From a bacterium (GTDB lineage: Bacteria > UBA6262 > WVXT01), in NCBI GenBank assembly GCA_046759165.1, contig JBHIBS010000028.1, positions 1 to 18,347 of the forward strand: a stretch of DNA of 18,347 bases. Reading direction: 5' to 3'. The position numbers and the translations under genes are program-made. The notes under the pieces are model-generated. The model ran no database searches and was not told where the DNA came from. It saw only the letters and a program-made list of their open reading frames with translations. Below are positions 1-8,239 of this stretch, piece by piece (the stretch's first letter is position 1; each line of letters begins with the position of its first letter).

Positions 1-1
1 A

Positions 2-196
2 AAGGAAGAATGGGAAGCTACTAAAGAGATTCTCTCCGATAGAGAGATGATGGAGAATATAAGGAGAAGTGAGGAAGATCTTAAAGCAGGGAGAATGAAC
101 GAGTTTATCCCTTGGGGTGAAGTGAAAGAAAAAGATGTATCGGGTAATCCTAATTGCTTTAAGAAGGGCAGAGGTGGCAAGCTCTTACAGGAATAA
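2..196 (+). CDS. 3' end of a putative type II antitoxin (Phd/YefM/RelB-like C-terminus), cut by the window edge
   Basis: Hand translation of frame +2: KEEWEATKEILSDREMMENIRRSEEDLKAGRMNEFIPWGEVKEKDVSGNPNCFKKGRGGKLLQE*. The pattern 'EEWEAT.EILSD..MME.IRRSEED.KAGR...IPW.EVK' resembles antitoxin C-termini. Confidence 0.6.
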   Translation, partial: KEEWEATKEILSDREMMENIRRSEEDLKAGRMNEFIPWGEVKEKDVSGNPNCFKKGRGGKLLQE

Positions 197-251
197 TTTT
201 CCAAGCTCCCCCCATTGTTTTTTAGATTTCGCCGTTTTCTTTAGCTTTTAA
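135..251 (+). pseudogene. Possible 5' stub of a RelE/ParE-like toxin
   Basis: ATG at 135 overlaps the antitoxin tail and gives MYRVILIALRRAE..., a RelE-like start. The frame ends after 38 aa with no further toxin resemblance. Confidence 0.3.
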
Positions 252-419
252 TATCTGTTGGTGGATTTCTTCTACACTTTTTCCCTACATCCTCTTAAAT
301 TCCGAAACAGAATCTCCTTCTCCGCGAGTCACATACATCCAAAATCTTGTAGCACCCAATGGTCCCATTTCCTTCGTTAACACTTCCCAGCCCAAATTAA
401 TAATCTCCTGTTTCTCCCT
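222..419 (-). pseudogene. Degraded small antitoxin-like gene (type usually found beside PIN-domain toxins)
   Basis: Translation REKQEIINLGWEVLTKEMGPLGATRFWMYVTRGEGDSVSEFKRM*GKSVEEIHQQILKAKENGEI*. Internal TAG at 285-287 and no in-frame start codon. Confidence 0.55.
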
Positions 420-479
420 GAACTTCCAAAATCAGCACCAACTTTCAATTTTTCAGACACACACACTTAACGCGGGGCC

Positions 480-508
480 TTGTCAGAAGGGACAGATTAT
501 GGTAGGAT
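480..508 (+). promoter_or_regulatory. sigma70-type promoter with extended -10
   Basis: TTGTCA (480-485), 17-nt spacer, TG at 500-501, TAGGAT (503-508). Confidence 0.5.
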
Positions 509-689
509 TAAGCTCGTAAGATTTACGTGACTAAGAAATTCAGGAAATTTTAAACGGGGCGACTGAATATCTACTTATGGTAAGATTAGAATCGTAGGAT
601 CCAGGTTCAATGGCTAAAAATCTAAAAAATGTTGGAGGGGGTTTACTGAATATTTACGAATAATGTATGGTAAATTGGAGGTGATTTTA

Positions 690-884
690 ATGGATGAAAC
701 TCTTGAATGGTTCACAAAGGCAGATTTAAGTAAATATGAGGATAAATATGTGTCTATTGTAGATAGAGAAGTGGTATTTGCAGATGAAGATCCAGAAGTT
801 GCCTATACAAGTGCCAAAGAGAAATATCCAGATAAAGAAGTTGTACTTTGGAAAGTTCCTCATGGCGAAACCTTTATCTTTTGA
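690..884 (+). CDS. Small DUF5678-like protein
   Basis: Pattern 'L.KY..KYV.IVD.EVV..DED...AY..AKEKYP....L.KVP'. GGAGGTG at 677-683 favours the ATG at 690 over 663. Confidence 0.7.
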   Translation: MDETLEWFTKADLSKYEDKYVSIVDREVVFADEDPEVAYTSAKEKYPDKEVVLWKVPHGETFIF

Positions 885-898
885 GCAAAGAGAACTAG

Positions 899-1309
899 AT
901 GATTGAGTTTGATTACAGACAAGAGCGGCTTCACACAGGAGAGGTAATATTCAGGCCTATAGCTAAGGTCTATCTTCTTAGATCTAAAAATGAATGGATT
1001 GCTGAATATTTCTATGTAGATTCAGGGGCAGATTATACTTTGATTCCCTATCGAATGGGTCGATTCTTAGGCTTAGAGAAAATAGCATCAGAGGTCAAAG
1101 AGATAGGTGGGATTGGTGGAGTTATTGCGGCAAGATTTGCTCTCGTTCCTATGAAAATAGAGAAGTACCAGTTTAGCTGTACCATTGCCTGGGCACAGAT
1201 TGAGCGTATTCCTTTTCTTTTGGGTAGGGAAAATGTATTTGAGTATTTTGATATAACTTTTAGACAAAAAGAAAGGAAGATTATTTTTATATGGAAAGGA
1301 GAAAAATAA
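899..1309 (+). CDS. Retropepsin-like (clan AA) aspartic protease
   Basis: Catalytic VDSGAD motif, flap-like IGGIGG, and LLGRE motif in a 136-aa single lobe. Confidence 0.85.
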   Translation: MIEFDYRQERLHTGEVIFRPIAKVYLLRSKNEWIAEYFYVDSGADYTLIPYRMGRFLGLEKIASEVKEIGGIGGVIAARFALVPMKIEKYQFSCTIAWAQIERIPFLLGRENVFEYFDITFRQKERKIIFIWKGEK

Positions 1310-1362
1310 ATTCAGTTCTAAGTAACGAGGATCGTCCTTGACGAGAAGTGACATCCTTCCAC

Positions 1363-2613
1363 TCATCTGGGTTGACGGGCCTTTTTCATAGCTTCCACCA
1401 AAGGAAGTTTTATTCCCGATAAAAAACGAATAAGAGCACCTCCACCTGTGCAAACATAGCTTATTTTTGATAAGTTTCCCAGCCGATCTGCCGAAGCTAC
1501 TGTATCCCCACCTCCTATCACTGAGTAGCCCCTAGCTTCACCAATTATCCTCCACAGCTCTTTAGTACCATAAGCACCAATTTCCTCTTCATAAATTCCA
1601 GCCGGACCGTTAACAAATATTGTTCCAGCTTTTTCTATTATCTTTTTATATTTCTTTATGGTGTTAGGACCTATATCTATTATTTGTTTTTCTACTGGCA
1701 GCTTATCAGTAGTTACTTCACCCCTTTTTCCTTCATCATCTACTCCAAAATCTAATGGATAGAAGAGTTTATCCGGATAATCTTTTAGATACTCTTTAGC
1801 TGGCTCAACAAATTTTTCCAGCCCCCGATCGGTAATAAATTTTTCAGTAGGAGAACCCAGTTTCTTACCCAGAGCCTTGTGCATAATAAGGGCGGTAACT
1901 CCAGTAGTTAGAAGATAATCAACAGAGCCTTCAGCCAGCACTTTTCTCATCATTCCAAAAGCATCAGATATTTTTGCTCCACCTAAGAGAAAAACAGAAG
2001 GACGATCAGGATTTTCCAGCACCTTGGTAAGTGTGCTTACTTCCTTATCATAGAGTATACCCGCTGCCGAGGGAAGAAGCTCCTGAAAGGCCACCATACT
2101 GGGTGAGCTGCGGTGAGCTGCCGCAAAAGCATCATTAACGTAGCAATCAACCAGTGGAGCTAGATTCCTTACCAAGTAGGTCTTAGTCATCTCTTCAGGG
2201 CTAAGCTTTACATTGTTTTCAAAAGTAGATACCTCTTCGGTTAGATAGCGGAGATTATCCAAAAGAAGAATCTCACCCTTTTTTAGGTTTTTGATTTTTC
2301 CCCTGGCAGCGGGACCAGCAATGTCATCGATAAACTGAACCTCTTTTTCTATTTTTTGAGAAATTTTCTCGGCATGCTCTTTTAAGGAAACAAGGTTCTG
2401 ATAATCCAGAGTATCTCCCTGATGGGCTATTATTACCAGTTTTGCCCCTGAATCTCTCAGTTTTTTAATAGTGGGAAGACTCTTATCAATTCTATTTTCA
2501 TTTACTATCCTCTTTGTCCTTGGATCAACAGGAGAGTTAATATCTACCCGTAAAAGAGCTGTTTTACCTTGATAATTAAAATCATCGAGGGTTAGATAAT
2601 CGCGTTTGGACAT
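1363..2613 (-). CDS. pgk: Phosphoglycerate kinase family, archaeal-like N-terminus, atypical substrate site
   Basis: RVDINSP, DNLRY, NDAFAAAHR, GGAKISD, NGPAG, GGGDT and TGGGA motifs. HQGD replaces the usual HxGR. Confidence 0.92.
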   Translation of the reverse strand: MSKRDYLTLDDFNYQGKTALLRVDINSPVDPRTKRIVNENRIDKSLPTIKKLRDSGAKLVIIAHQGDTLDYQNLVSLKEHAEKISQKIEKEVQFIDDIAGPAARGKIKNLKKGEILLLDNLRYLTEEVSTFENNVKLSPEEMTKTYLVRNLAPLVDCYVNDAFAAAHRSSPSMVAFQELLPSAAGILYDKEVSTLTKVLENPDRPSVFLLGGAKISDAFGMMRKVLAEGSVDYLLTTGVTALIMHKALGKKLGSPTEKFITDRGLEKFVEPAKEYLKDYPDKLFYPLDFGVDDEGKRGEVTTDKLPVEKQIIDIGPNTIKKYKKIIEKAGTIFVNGPAGIYEEEIGAYGTKELWRIIGEARGYSVIGGGDTVASADRLGNLSKISYVCTGGGALIRFLSGIKLPLVEAMKKARQPR

Positions 2614-2622
2614 AGAAAACTC

Positions 2623-3642
2623 CTATTTTAATCCCAAATATTTATTTGTTAGGCCTACTGCTTCTAGGCGATCTTTTTGCATTTCCATGCAGGCTCTCAC
2701 CCCATCGATGGTTTCCGGTGTAACTACCGCCTCCTGAGGAATATTTACGGCGAACATGATATCTTTTCCACTAAAGCCCACTGTCTCCTCAAAAACCGCG
2801 ATTTCATACATATCACCTCTTGGACGACCCAGGTCTCTGGCATAGCGGAAAAGAGAAGTATTAGAGTTAAATCCATCGGCAATTCTCACCACACGGATGC
2901 GGGGGTGTTTTTTGAATTCTTCAAGCACTTCTTTTTTGGTAATTTCTCTCTTGGGAGTAGCAAGGATAGTGATAATGTGTCCATGTGTTACAGGAGTGTG
3001 CACTAAGATCCCTGTTGCTTTTACATGAGGCATAATTTTCATTAAATCAACCGCCTGATGATTGGGAATGGGATCTACCTTAAGAAGGTCAACCAAGCCG
3101 CGGTGGGTATCAGCCGGGTCAGCCACACGACGGATAATGGTAACCGCTACCTTTTTAACCCCTACTGCTCGGTCCAGACAATCCACTGCCCTTATAAAAC
3201 CAGTGGTATTACAGGAGGTGAGTTTTAAGAAGTTTTTCCCCACACCTTTTTCGTAATTGGCATAACCATGGAAAAATACATCTGCCACCTCATCTTTCTC
3301 TCCACCCTGAAAGATTGCTTTTACATTGTATTTAGCATATATTTCTTTATTCTTTGCCCCAATCCCTGCTGGTGTAGCATCCAGTACTACATCCACTTGC
3401 TTAAGAAGATCGTCCATTGTTCCAGAAACGGGAATTCCGGCAGCTTCCAGATTAGATACCCTATCCCGAATAGCGCAGAAGAGCTTATAGGGCATCCCTT
3501 TTTCATGCAGGGCTCTCACAGCCAGGGTAGGCGCTGCATCAACCACTCCTACTAGTTCCATATCTTCCTGCAGAGCAATTCCATCAGCTAAACGCTGTCC
3601 TATAACCCCATACCCAACAACCCCAACTTTTATTTTCGCCAT
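2623..3642 (-). CDS. gap: Archaeal-type (class II) glyceraldehyde-3-phosphate dehydrogenase homologue
   Basis: GYGVIGQRLAD, FQGGEK, catalytic SCNTTG, IRRVADP, GRPRGDMYEI and QEAVVTPETIDGVRA match class II rather than bacterial class I GAPDH. Confidence 0.9.
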   Translation of the reverse strand: MAKIKVGVVGYGVIGQRLADGIALQEDMELVGVVDAAPTLAVRALHEKGMPYKLFCAIRDRVSNLEAAGIPVSGTMDDLLKQVDVVLDATPAGIGAKNKEIYAKYNVKAIFQGGEKDEVADVFFHGYANYEKGVGKNFLKLTSCNTTGFIRAVDCLDRAVGVKKVAVTIIRRVADPADTHRGLVDLLKVDPIPNHQAVDLMKIMPHVKATGILVHTPVTHGHIITILATPKREITKKEVLEEFKKHPRIRVVRIADGFNSNTSLFRYARDLGRPRGDMYEIAVFEETVGFSGKDIMFAVNIPQEAVVTPETIDGVRACMEMQKDRLEAVGLTNKYLGLK

Positions 3643-3659
3643 TTTATCCTCCCTCTAAG

Positions 3660-4766
3660 TTACATCTTTAAAATAGATTCAACAATAGCATCCCCGACTT
3701 CACTTGTGGCTGATGTTCCTCCCAGATCTTTTGTTCTAACATTACCTTCCTTGAGGACTTTTTTTATTGCTTTCATAACCATCAAGGCAGCCTTTTTCTC
3801 TCCCAACTCCTCCAGCATCATTTGCCCTGCCCAGATAGTAGCTATTGGATCTGCCACATTTTTGCCAGTGTATTTGGGTGCTGAGCCGTGGATTGGCTCA
3901 AACATAGAGATGCCTTCTGGATTAATATTTCCTCCGGGAGCAAGTCCCATACCTCCCTGAATCATCGCCCCTAAATCGGTTATTATGTCACCGAAAAGGT
4001 TAGGAGCAACGATGACATCAAAGAACTCAGGATTCTTAACAAACCACATACATATAGCATCCACAAAGGCAAAATCAGTTTTTACATCCGGATATTGCCC
4101 CGAAATTTTCTTGAATAGTTCATCCCAATAGACCATACTATAATTAAGAGCGTTAGACTTGGTGCAGCAGGTGAGATGTTTCTTTCTTTTTCTTGCCAGC
4201 TCAAAGGAATACTTCATTATTCTCTCTACCCCAATCTGGCTGAATACACCCTCCTGAGTCACTAGCTCCTCAGAATCAGCAAAGACCTTGTTTATCTTAG
4301 CATATATAGCATGCTTAGAATCACCTTTTTTGTACTTACCTCCGATTCCGGTATAAAAACCTTCCGTGTTTTCCCTTACTACTACAAAGTCTATATCTTG
4401 AGGACCTTTATTCTTGAGAGGACAGGGAATACTCTCCAACAGTTTAACCGGCCTAAGATTGACATATTGGTCAAAACCAAAGCGAATCTTTAAAAGCAAG
4501 TCCCTTAAGGAGATATGATCAGGAACCTTGGGATCACCAATAGCACCGAGGTAAATAGCCTCATAATCCTTGAGTTTTTCTAGGCCATCATCAGAGATCA
4601 TTTTTCCTGTCTTTAAATAATATTCACAACCCCAGGGAAAATAGCTAAATTCAAAGGTTATATCTCTTAGTTTTTCACCCACCGCTTCTAGGACTTTAAC
4701 CCCTTCTCTAATTGCTTCTGGCCCAATTCCATCACCTGGAATGACTGCAATTCTATGTTCTCTCAT
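3660..4766 (-). CDS. Isocitrate/isopropylmalate dehydrogenase family, closest in motifs to tartrate/D-malate dehydrogenase (decarboxylating)
   Basis: [34 protein letters not shown]...[15 protein letters not shown] and FEPIHGSAP motifs. Confidence 0.85.
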   Translation of the reverse strand: MREHRIAVIPGDGIGPEAIREGVKVLEAVGEKLRDITFEFSYFPWGCEYYLKTGKMISDDGLEKLKDYEAIYLGAIGDPKVPDHISLRDLLLKIRFGFDQYVNLRPVKLLESIPCPLKNKGPQDIDFVVVRENTEGFYTGIGGKYKKGDSKHAIYAKINKVFADSEELVTQEGVFSQIGVERIMKYSFELARKRKKHLTCCTKSNALNYSMVYWDELFKKISGQYPDVKTDFAFVDAICMWFVKNPEFFDVIVAPNLFGDIITDLGAMIQGGMGLAPGGNINPEGISMFEPIHGSAPKYTGKNVADPIATIWAGQMMLEELGEKKAALMVMKAIKKVLKEGNVRTKDLGGTSATSEVGDAIVESILKM

Positions 4767-4828
4767 TTTCTACTCCAGTGCCAAAAAGAAAGTCCGTCAA
4801 TTTTTTTGAAAAACCAGGGTGAAAAACT

Positions 4829-5677
4829 TCAGTTAGAGGATAGCAATCTTGTTAAAAAATGAATGGATTGTTCCATAGCTGATAAATCATCAGGTACGGG
4901 GAGCACTTCTGCACAGATGCATCCTAGGTAGTTTATTTTCTTTAAAGAACAATAAACCTCCTTAAAATCTATATGTCCCATGCCTGGAGCGAACCTGTTA
5001 CTGTCAGCAAAATGAATACAACTCAAATACTTTTCTCCCTTTAGAATTGCTTCTCCCAGATTAGGCTCGTCTATATTCATATGAAATGTATCCAGTAATA
5101 TTTTAAAGTTCTCAGCCTTTAATTTTTCTACTAATTCTAGTGCCTCTTCTACTGTGTTTATAAAGTTTGTCTCGTATCTATTTATAGGCTCCAGTGTAAG
5201 AATTACTCCATACTTACAGGCATATTCCAGGCTTTCTTTTATACTATCTAAAGTGGCCTGGTATAACTTGTGGGGCACAGGATGTCGCCAGGCAGTGCCC
5301 TCAAAAGTTCCCCTTATTCCTCCAATAATTACCTGAGCACCCAGTTGAGAGGCAAACCTTATATGTCCTTTTAATCTCTGAACCGTCCTTTTACGTTTCT
5401 CTACCTGTTTAGCACATAAACTGAAACCATCTTTATAATAGGATTGTCCGGTAGCGATGGTGGAAACCTTTAGGTTATTTTCTTTTAATAGGTGGGTTAT
5501 TTTCTCTCTATGTAAAAAATCACTATCTCTTAAACTTAGCTCTACAGCACTAAATCCTAACCGACCAGCATTTTCTATTCCTTCCTCAATTTTGCCTGCA
5601 AAAAGAAGAGGACCAAAACCTGACTTCTCCGGTGATAAGGCAACACTTGGCATCTGGTGACCCATTATTTCGTTCAT
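4829..5677 (-). CDS. TIM-barrel sugar isomerase/epimerase (ketose 3-epimerase / IolO-like)
   Basis: EPINRYE, DTFHMNIDE, HFADSNR.APG.GHIDF and a C-terminal Glu, the usual metal-ligand set. Start codon uncertain. Confidence 0.85.
   Translation of the reverse strand: MNEIMGHQMPSVALSPEKSGFGPLLFAGKIEEGIENAGRLGFSAVELSLRDSDFLHREKITHLLKENNLKVSTIATGQSYYKDGFSLCAKQVEKRKRTVQRLKGHIRFASQLGAQVIIGGIRGTFEGTAWRHPVPHKLYQATLDSIKESLEYACKYGVILTLEPINRYETNFINTVEEALELVEKLKAENFKILLDTFHMNIDEPNLGEAILKGEKYLSCIHFADSNRFAPGMGHIDFKEVYCSLKKINYLGCICAEVLPVPDDLSAMEQSIHFLTRLLSSN
5518..5648. repeat. Direct repeat, copy A (5' part of the epimerase gene)
   Basis: Ungapped 131-nt match to 11233-11363 with 17 mismatches by hand count (about 87%). 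Confidence 0.95.
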
Positions 5678-5724
5678 TTAAAATAAATTACCATCTCCTT
5701 TGACTTTTTTCAAGTAAAAATTAG

Positions 5725-6037
5725 GTTGCCTATCCCGTTATTGTTGCTTTTTCTGAGAAAACTTAACCTAATTTATGCCAGTGGTATTAACATCTGCTAA
5801 TTCAAGCTTACATTTTCCGTTGTGTGCATTAAGGTGGCTGGAGCCGAACACACAGACTCAGTTAGTAATCTCTGTGTATTGACCGATATACATTTTCAAC
5901 AACGTATCTTTGGTATACTTACTTCCTGAGGATTGGAGTCCACTCCTCAAAAGAAAGTATGTTCTCCATGATGCTTAAAGATCAAGCATTTACGACAAAA
6001 AACAGTTTAATTTAGCAACAATAACGGGATACGCTAC
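5725..6037. mobile_element. MITE-like non-autonomous element, 313 bp
   Basis: TIRs GTTGCCTATCCCGTTATTGTTGCT (5725-5748) and AGCAACAATAACGGGATACGCTAC (6014-6037), 22/24 match with the inner 18 bp perfect. Flanked by TAG at 5722-5724 and 6038-6040. No long ORF. Confidence 0.8.
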
Positions 6038-6056
6038 TAGATTTTTTATTATTTTG

Positions 6057-7208
6057 TTAATAATGTCCGTATTTCAATGCTGATTCATATAAAGTTAACA
6101 CATTTTGAATAGGAACCTCGGGCTGAATATTATGCACTGGTGCAAAAATAAATCCTCCACCAGGCTTAAGATCTTCAATTCTTTTTTTTACTTCTTTTTC
6201 AACATCTTCTTGCTTTCCAAATGGCAACACTTCTTGTGTATCACATCCCCCGCCCCAGAATACTATATCCTTACCAAATTCTTCTTTCAATGACTTTGTA
6301 TCATTCATACCTCTCACTGTTGGCTGTATAGGGTTCAATATATCTATACCAATTTCAATTAGATCTGGTATTATTTTTCTAATTGCACCATCTGAGTGTA
6401 AGAGTACTTTTACAATCGCCTTACTCTTAATAAAATCTACCAATTCTTTATGTCTAGGTTTAATCAAATCACGATACATATTGGGAGAAACAATAAGACT
6501 ATCTTGAGTTCCTAAATCATCTCCAATTACAGCTACCTGAACATATCTACCAATCCTAGACAATATAGCATCCCAATATCCAATATGGAACTCTAAAACC
6601 TTGTCCATTACTTTAGCTGCTAAATCTTGGTTAGAAGCCAATAAGCAAAACCATTCTTCAAAACCTACCAGCCAAGCACAATCTTGTAAAACACCTCCAG
6701 CAAATTCTTTCTCTTTCCCAACAGATATAGCATAATCAGTATTTTCATAAAAATACTTAGCCTTTTTATCTATTCCTTCAAATCTTCCTTCATCATAGGG
6801 ATCAGGCCAATTAAATCTTTTCAAACTCTGACTAGTAACTTTCTTTAGTGGATGTTCTACCATATCGAAATACCATCCGTTTTTAGGAAGTCTATATTTT
6901 ATCCCCCATTCATCAACATAAGAATTATCCTCTGGGTTTATTTCTATTTTCCAACTTTTTGGTGGACCAGGATATATTCCTAGAATGTCCCCATGAAGTT
7001 TTTCCAACATTTTTTCACTTATTATTACGGTCTGAAGTGAAAACTGTAATATTTCATCCTCAATGTCATCTTTTATACCAAGCTCTTTCTTTAACTCATC
7101 ATAAACAATTCTATGCATTGACGTTGCCAGCGTTCCCCCTATATCAATTGGAATTCTATCCGGTTCTTTATGATTTAAAGCTAAAATGACTCTTTCCCTA
7201 GAATTCAT
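6057..7208 (-). CDS. Uroporphyrinogen decarboxylase / MtaA-CmuA superfamily protein
   Basis: MNSRERV..AL.HKEPDRIPID, GDDLGTQ, HSDG, LNPIQP, FWGGGCDTQ and GGGFIFAPVHNIQ motifs. Confidence 0.85.
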   Translation of the reverse strand: MNSRERVILALNHKEPDRIPIDIGGTLATSMHRIVYDELKKELGIKDDIEDEILQFSLQTVIISEKMLEKLHGDILGIYPGPPKSWKIEINPEDNSYVDEWGIKYRLPKNGWYFDMVEHPLKKVTSQSLKRFNWPDPYDEGRFEGIDKKAKYFYENTDYAISVGKEKEFAGGVLQDCAWLVGFEEWFCLLASNQDLAAKVMDKVLEFHIGYWDAILSRIGRYVQVAVIGDDLGTQDSLIVSPNMYRDLIKPRHKELVDFIKSKAIVKVLLHSDGAIRKIIPDLIEIGIDILNPIQPTVRGMNDTKSLKEEFGKDIVFWGGGCDTQEVLPFGKQEDVEKEVKKRIEDLKPGGGFIFAPVHNIQPEVPIQNVLTLYESALKYGHY

Positions 7209-7219
7209 AATGGCCTAAT

Positions 7220-7261
7220 TAGCACAGGTACCCTTCTGAGAATATAAGGGTACCTGTGCTA
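7220..7261. promoter_or_regulatory. Perfect 16-bp stem-loop downstream of the binding-protein gene
   Basis: TAGCACAGGTACCCTT, 10-nt loop, AAGGGTACCTGTGCTA. No U-tract follows on the minus strand. Confidence 0.85.
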
Positions 7262-7309
7262 TAACCTTCTCTGCTTGAAACTAAATTAACAACAACATAT
7301 TATACTGGC

Positions 7310-8239
7310 TTAATCCAGCCATTGATCCACATTCTCTGCCGTAATCATCGCAGTAGGAACGTCAATCTCTTTAGATACTGGATACCCCTTAAGCGCCATA
7401 TGAACTTGCAATACTGCCCAATATGCCTGGGCCTCTGGTACCTGAGCTGTGGTTACTATCATCCTACCCATTTTGATAGCTTCTATTGCATCAGCATCCC
7501 CATTAAATCCACCGACTAATACCCCTGCGAGTCGACCTGCAGCATCCATTGCTTCTATTGCACCAATAGCCATCGGATCATTAGCTGCAATTACAGCATC
7601 TATATCATCAAATTGCTGAAGTAGATTCTCCATAACTTGCAAGCCATCTTCATAAACAAAATTAGCCGTCTGGGAAGCGAGAACAGTAACATTGGATTCA
7701 CTAACAGCAGCATCAAATCCAGCTTTTCTATCGGTGGCTGTCTGATTTCCAGGTGTACCTTCAAGTATTATTAAGTTGCCTTTATTCCCCATTTTATCAA
7801 TTAAATATTTGGCAACTTCATAGGCTGCACTAAAATTACTAGCACCAGCCCAGCCAACAACTTCTCCACCTTCGGCTTTAGTATTAGATAATCCAACAAG
7901 TATTCCCGCTTCGTTAGCCTTTTCTATTCCAGGAACAATACCCCTGCTATCTGCTGGAACTACGATGATACCATCGACTTGCTGTATTATGGCATTTTCC
8001 ATAATACGAATCTGCTCTTCAACATCGTAGGGTTTTACTGGAGCTGTACCTTCTATTTCAATACCTAGGTCTCGACCAGCTTCTTTTGCACCTTCTATCA
8101 TCCTTTGCCAGAAAGGATGCTGCATTCCTTTAACGATAAAAACAAATTTCATCTTTTCTTTAGCAGCTGCTAAAGGCGAAAAAGATACACCTACTAAACA
8201 CATTGTTATTACCAAGAGCCATAATAATGTTTTTTTCAC
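7310..8239 (-). CDS. Sugar ABC transporter substrate-binding protein (RbsB family)
   Basis: HPFWQRM..GA, ANDPMAIGA and GFNG motifs plus a signal peptide. AGGAG precedes GTG at 8239 (ORF track start 8272). Confidence 0.9.
   Translation of the reverse strand: MKKTLLWLLVITMCLVGVSFSPLAAAKEKMKFVFIVKGMQHPFWQRMIEGAKEAGRDLGIEIEGTAPVKPYDVEEQIRIMENAIIQQVDGIIVVPADSRGIVPGIEKANEAGILVGLSNTKAEGGEVVGWAGASNFSAAYEVAKYLIDKMGNKGNLIILEGTPGNQTATDRKAGFDAAVSESNVTVLASQTANFVYEDGLQVMENLLQQFDDIDAVIAANDPMAIGAIEAMDAAGRLAGVLVGGFNGDADAIEAIKMGRMIVTTAQVPEAQAYWAVLQVHMALKGYPVSKEIDVPTAMITAENVDQWLD

Noticed and set aside
285-287. In-frame TAG as pyrrolysine or recoding
   Set aside because: TAG ends intact genes in this window (13245, 15201, 16198) and the frame also lacks a start; decay is the simpler explanation.
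474-676. Spaced repeats as a CRISPR array or integron attC sites
   Set aside because: Repeats are short, degenerate and unevenly spaced, with no cas or integrase gene and no attC-like palindrome.
1310-1362. Terminator between the convergent protease and pgk genes
   Set aside because: Only a 5-bp stem (TCGTC-CTT-GACGA) with no U-tract.
1088-1453. 121-aa minus-strand ORF
   Set aside because: Overlaps the protease antisense and pgk out of frame; no recognisable motif.
5749-6013. Interior of the MITE-like element as a riboswitch or known ncRNA
   Set aside because: Hairpins are present but I recognise no family consensus; an Rfam search would be needed.
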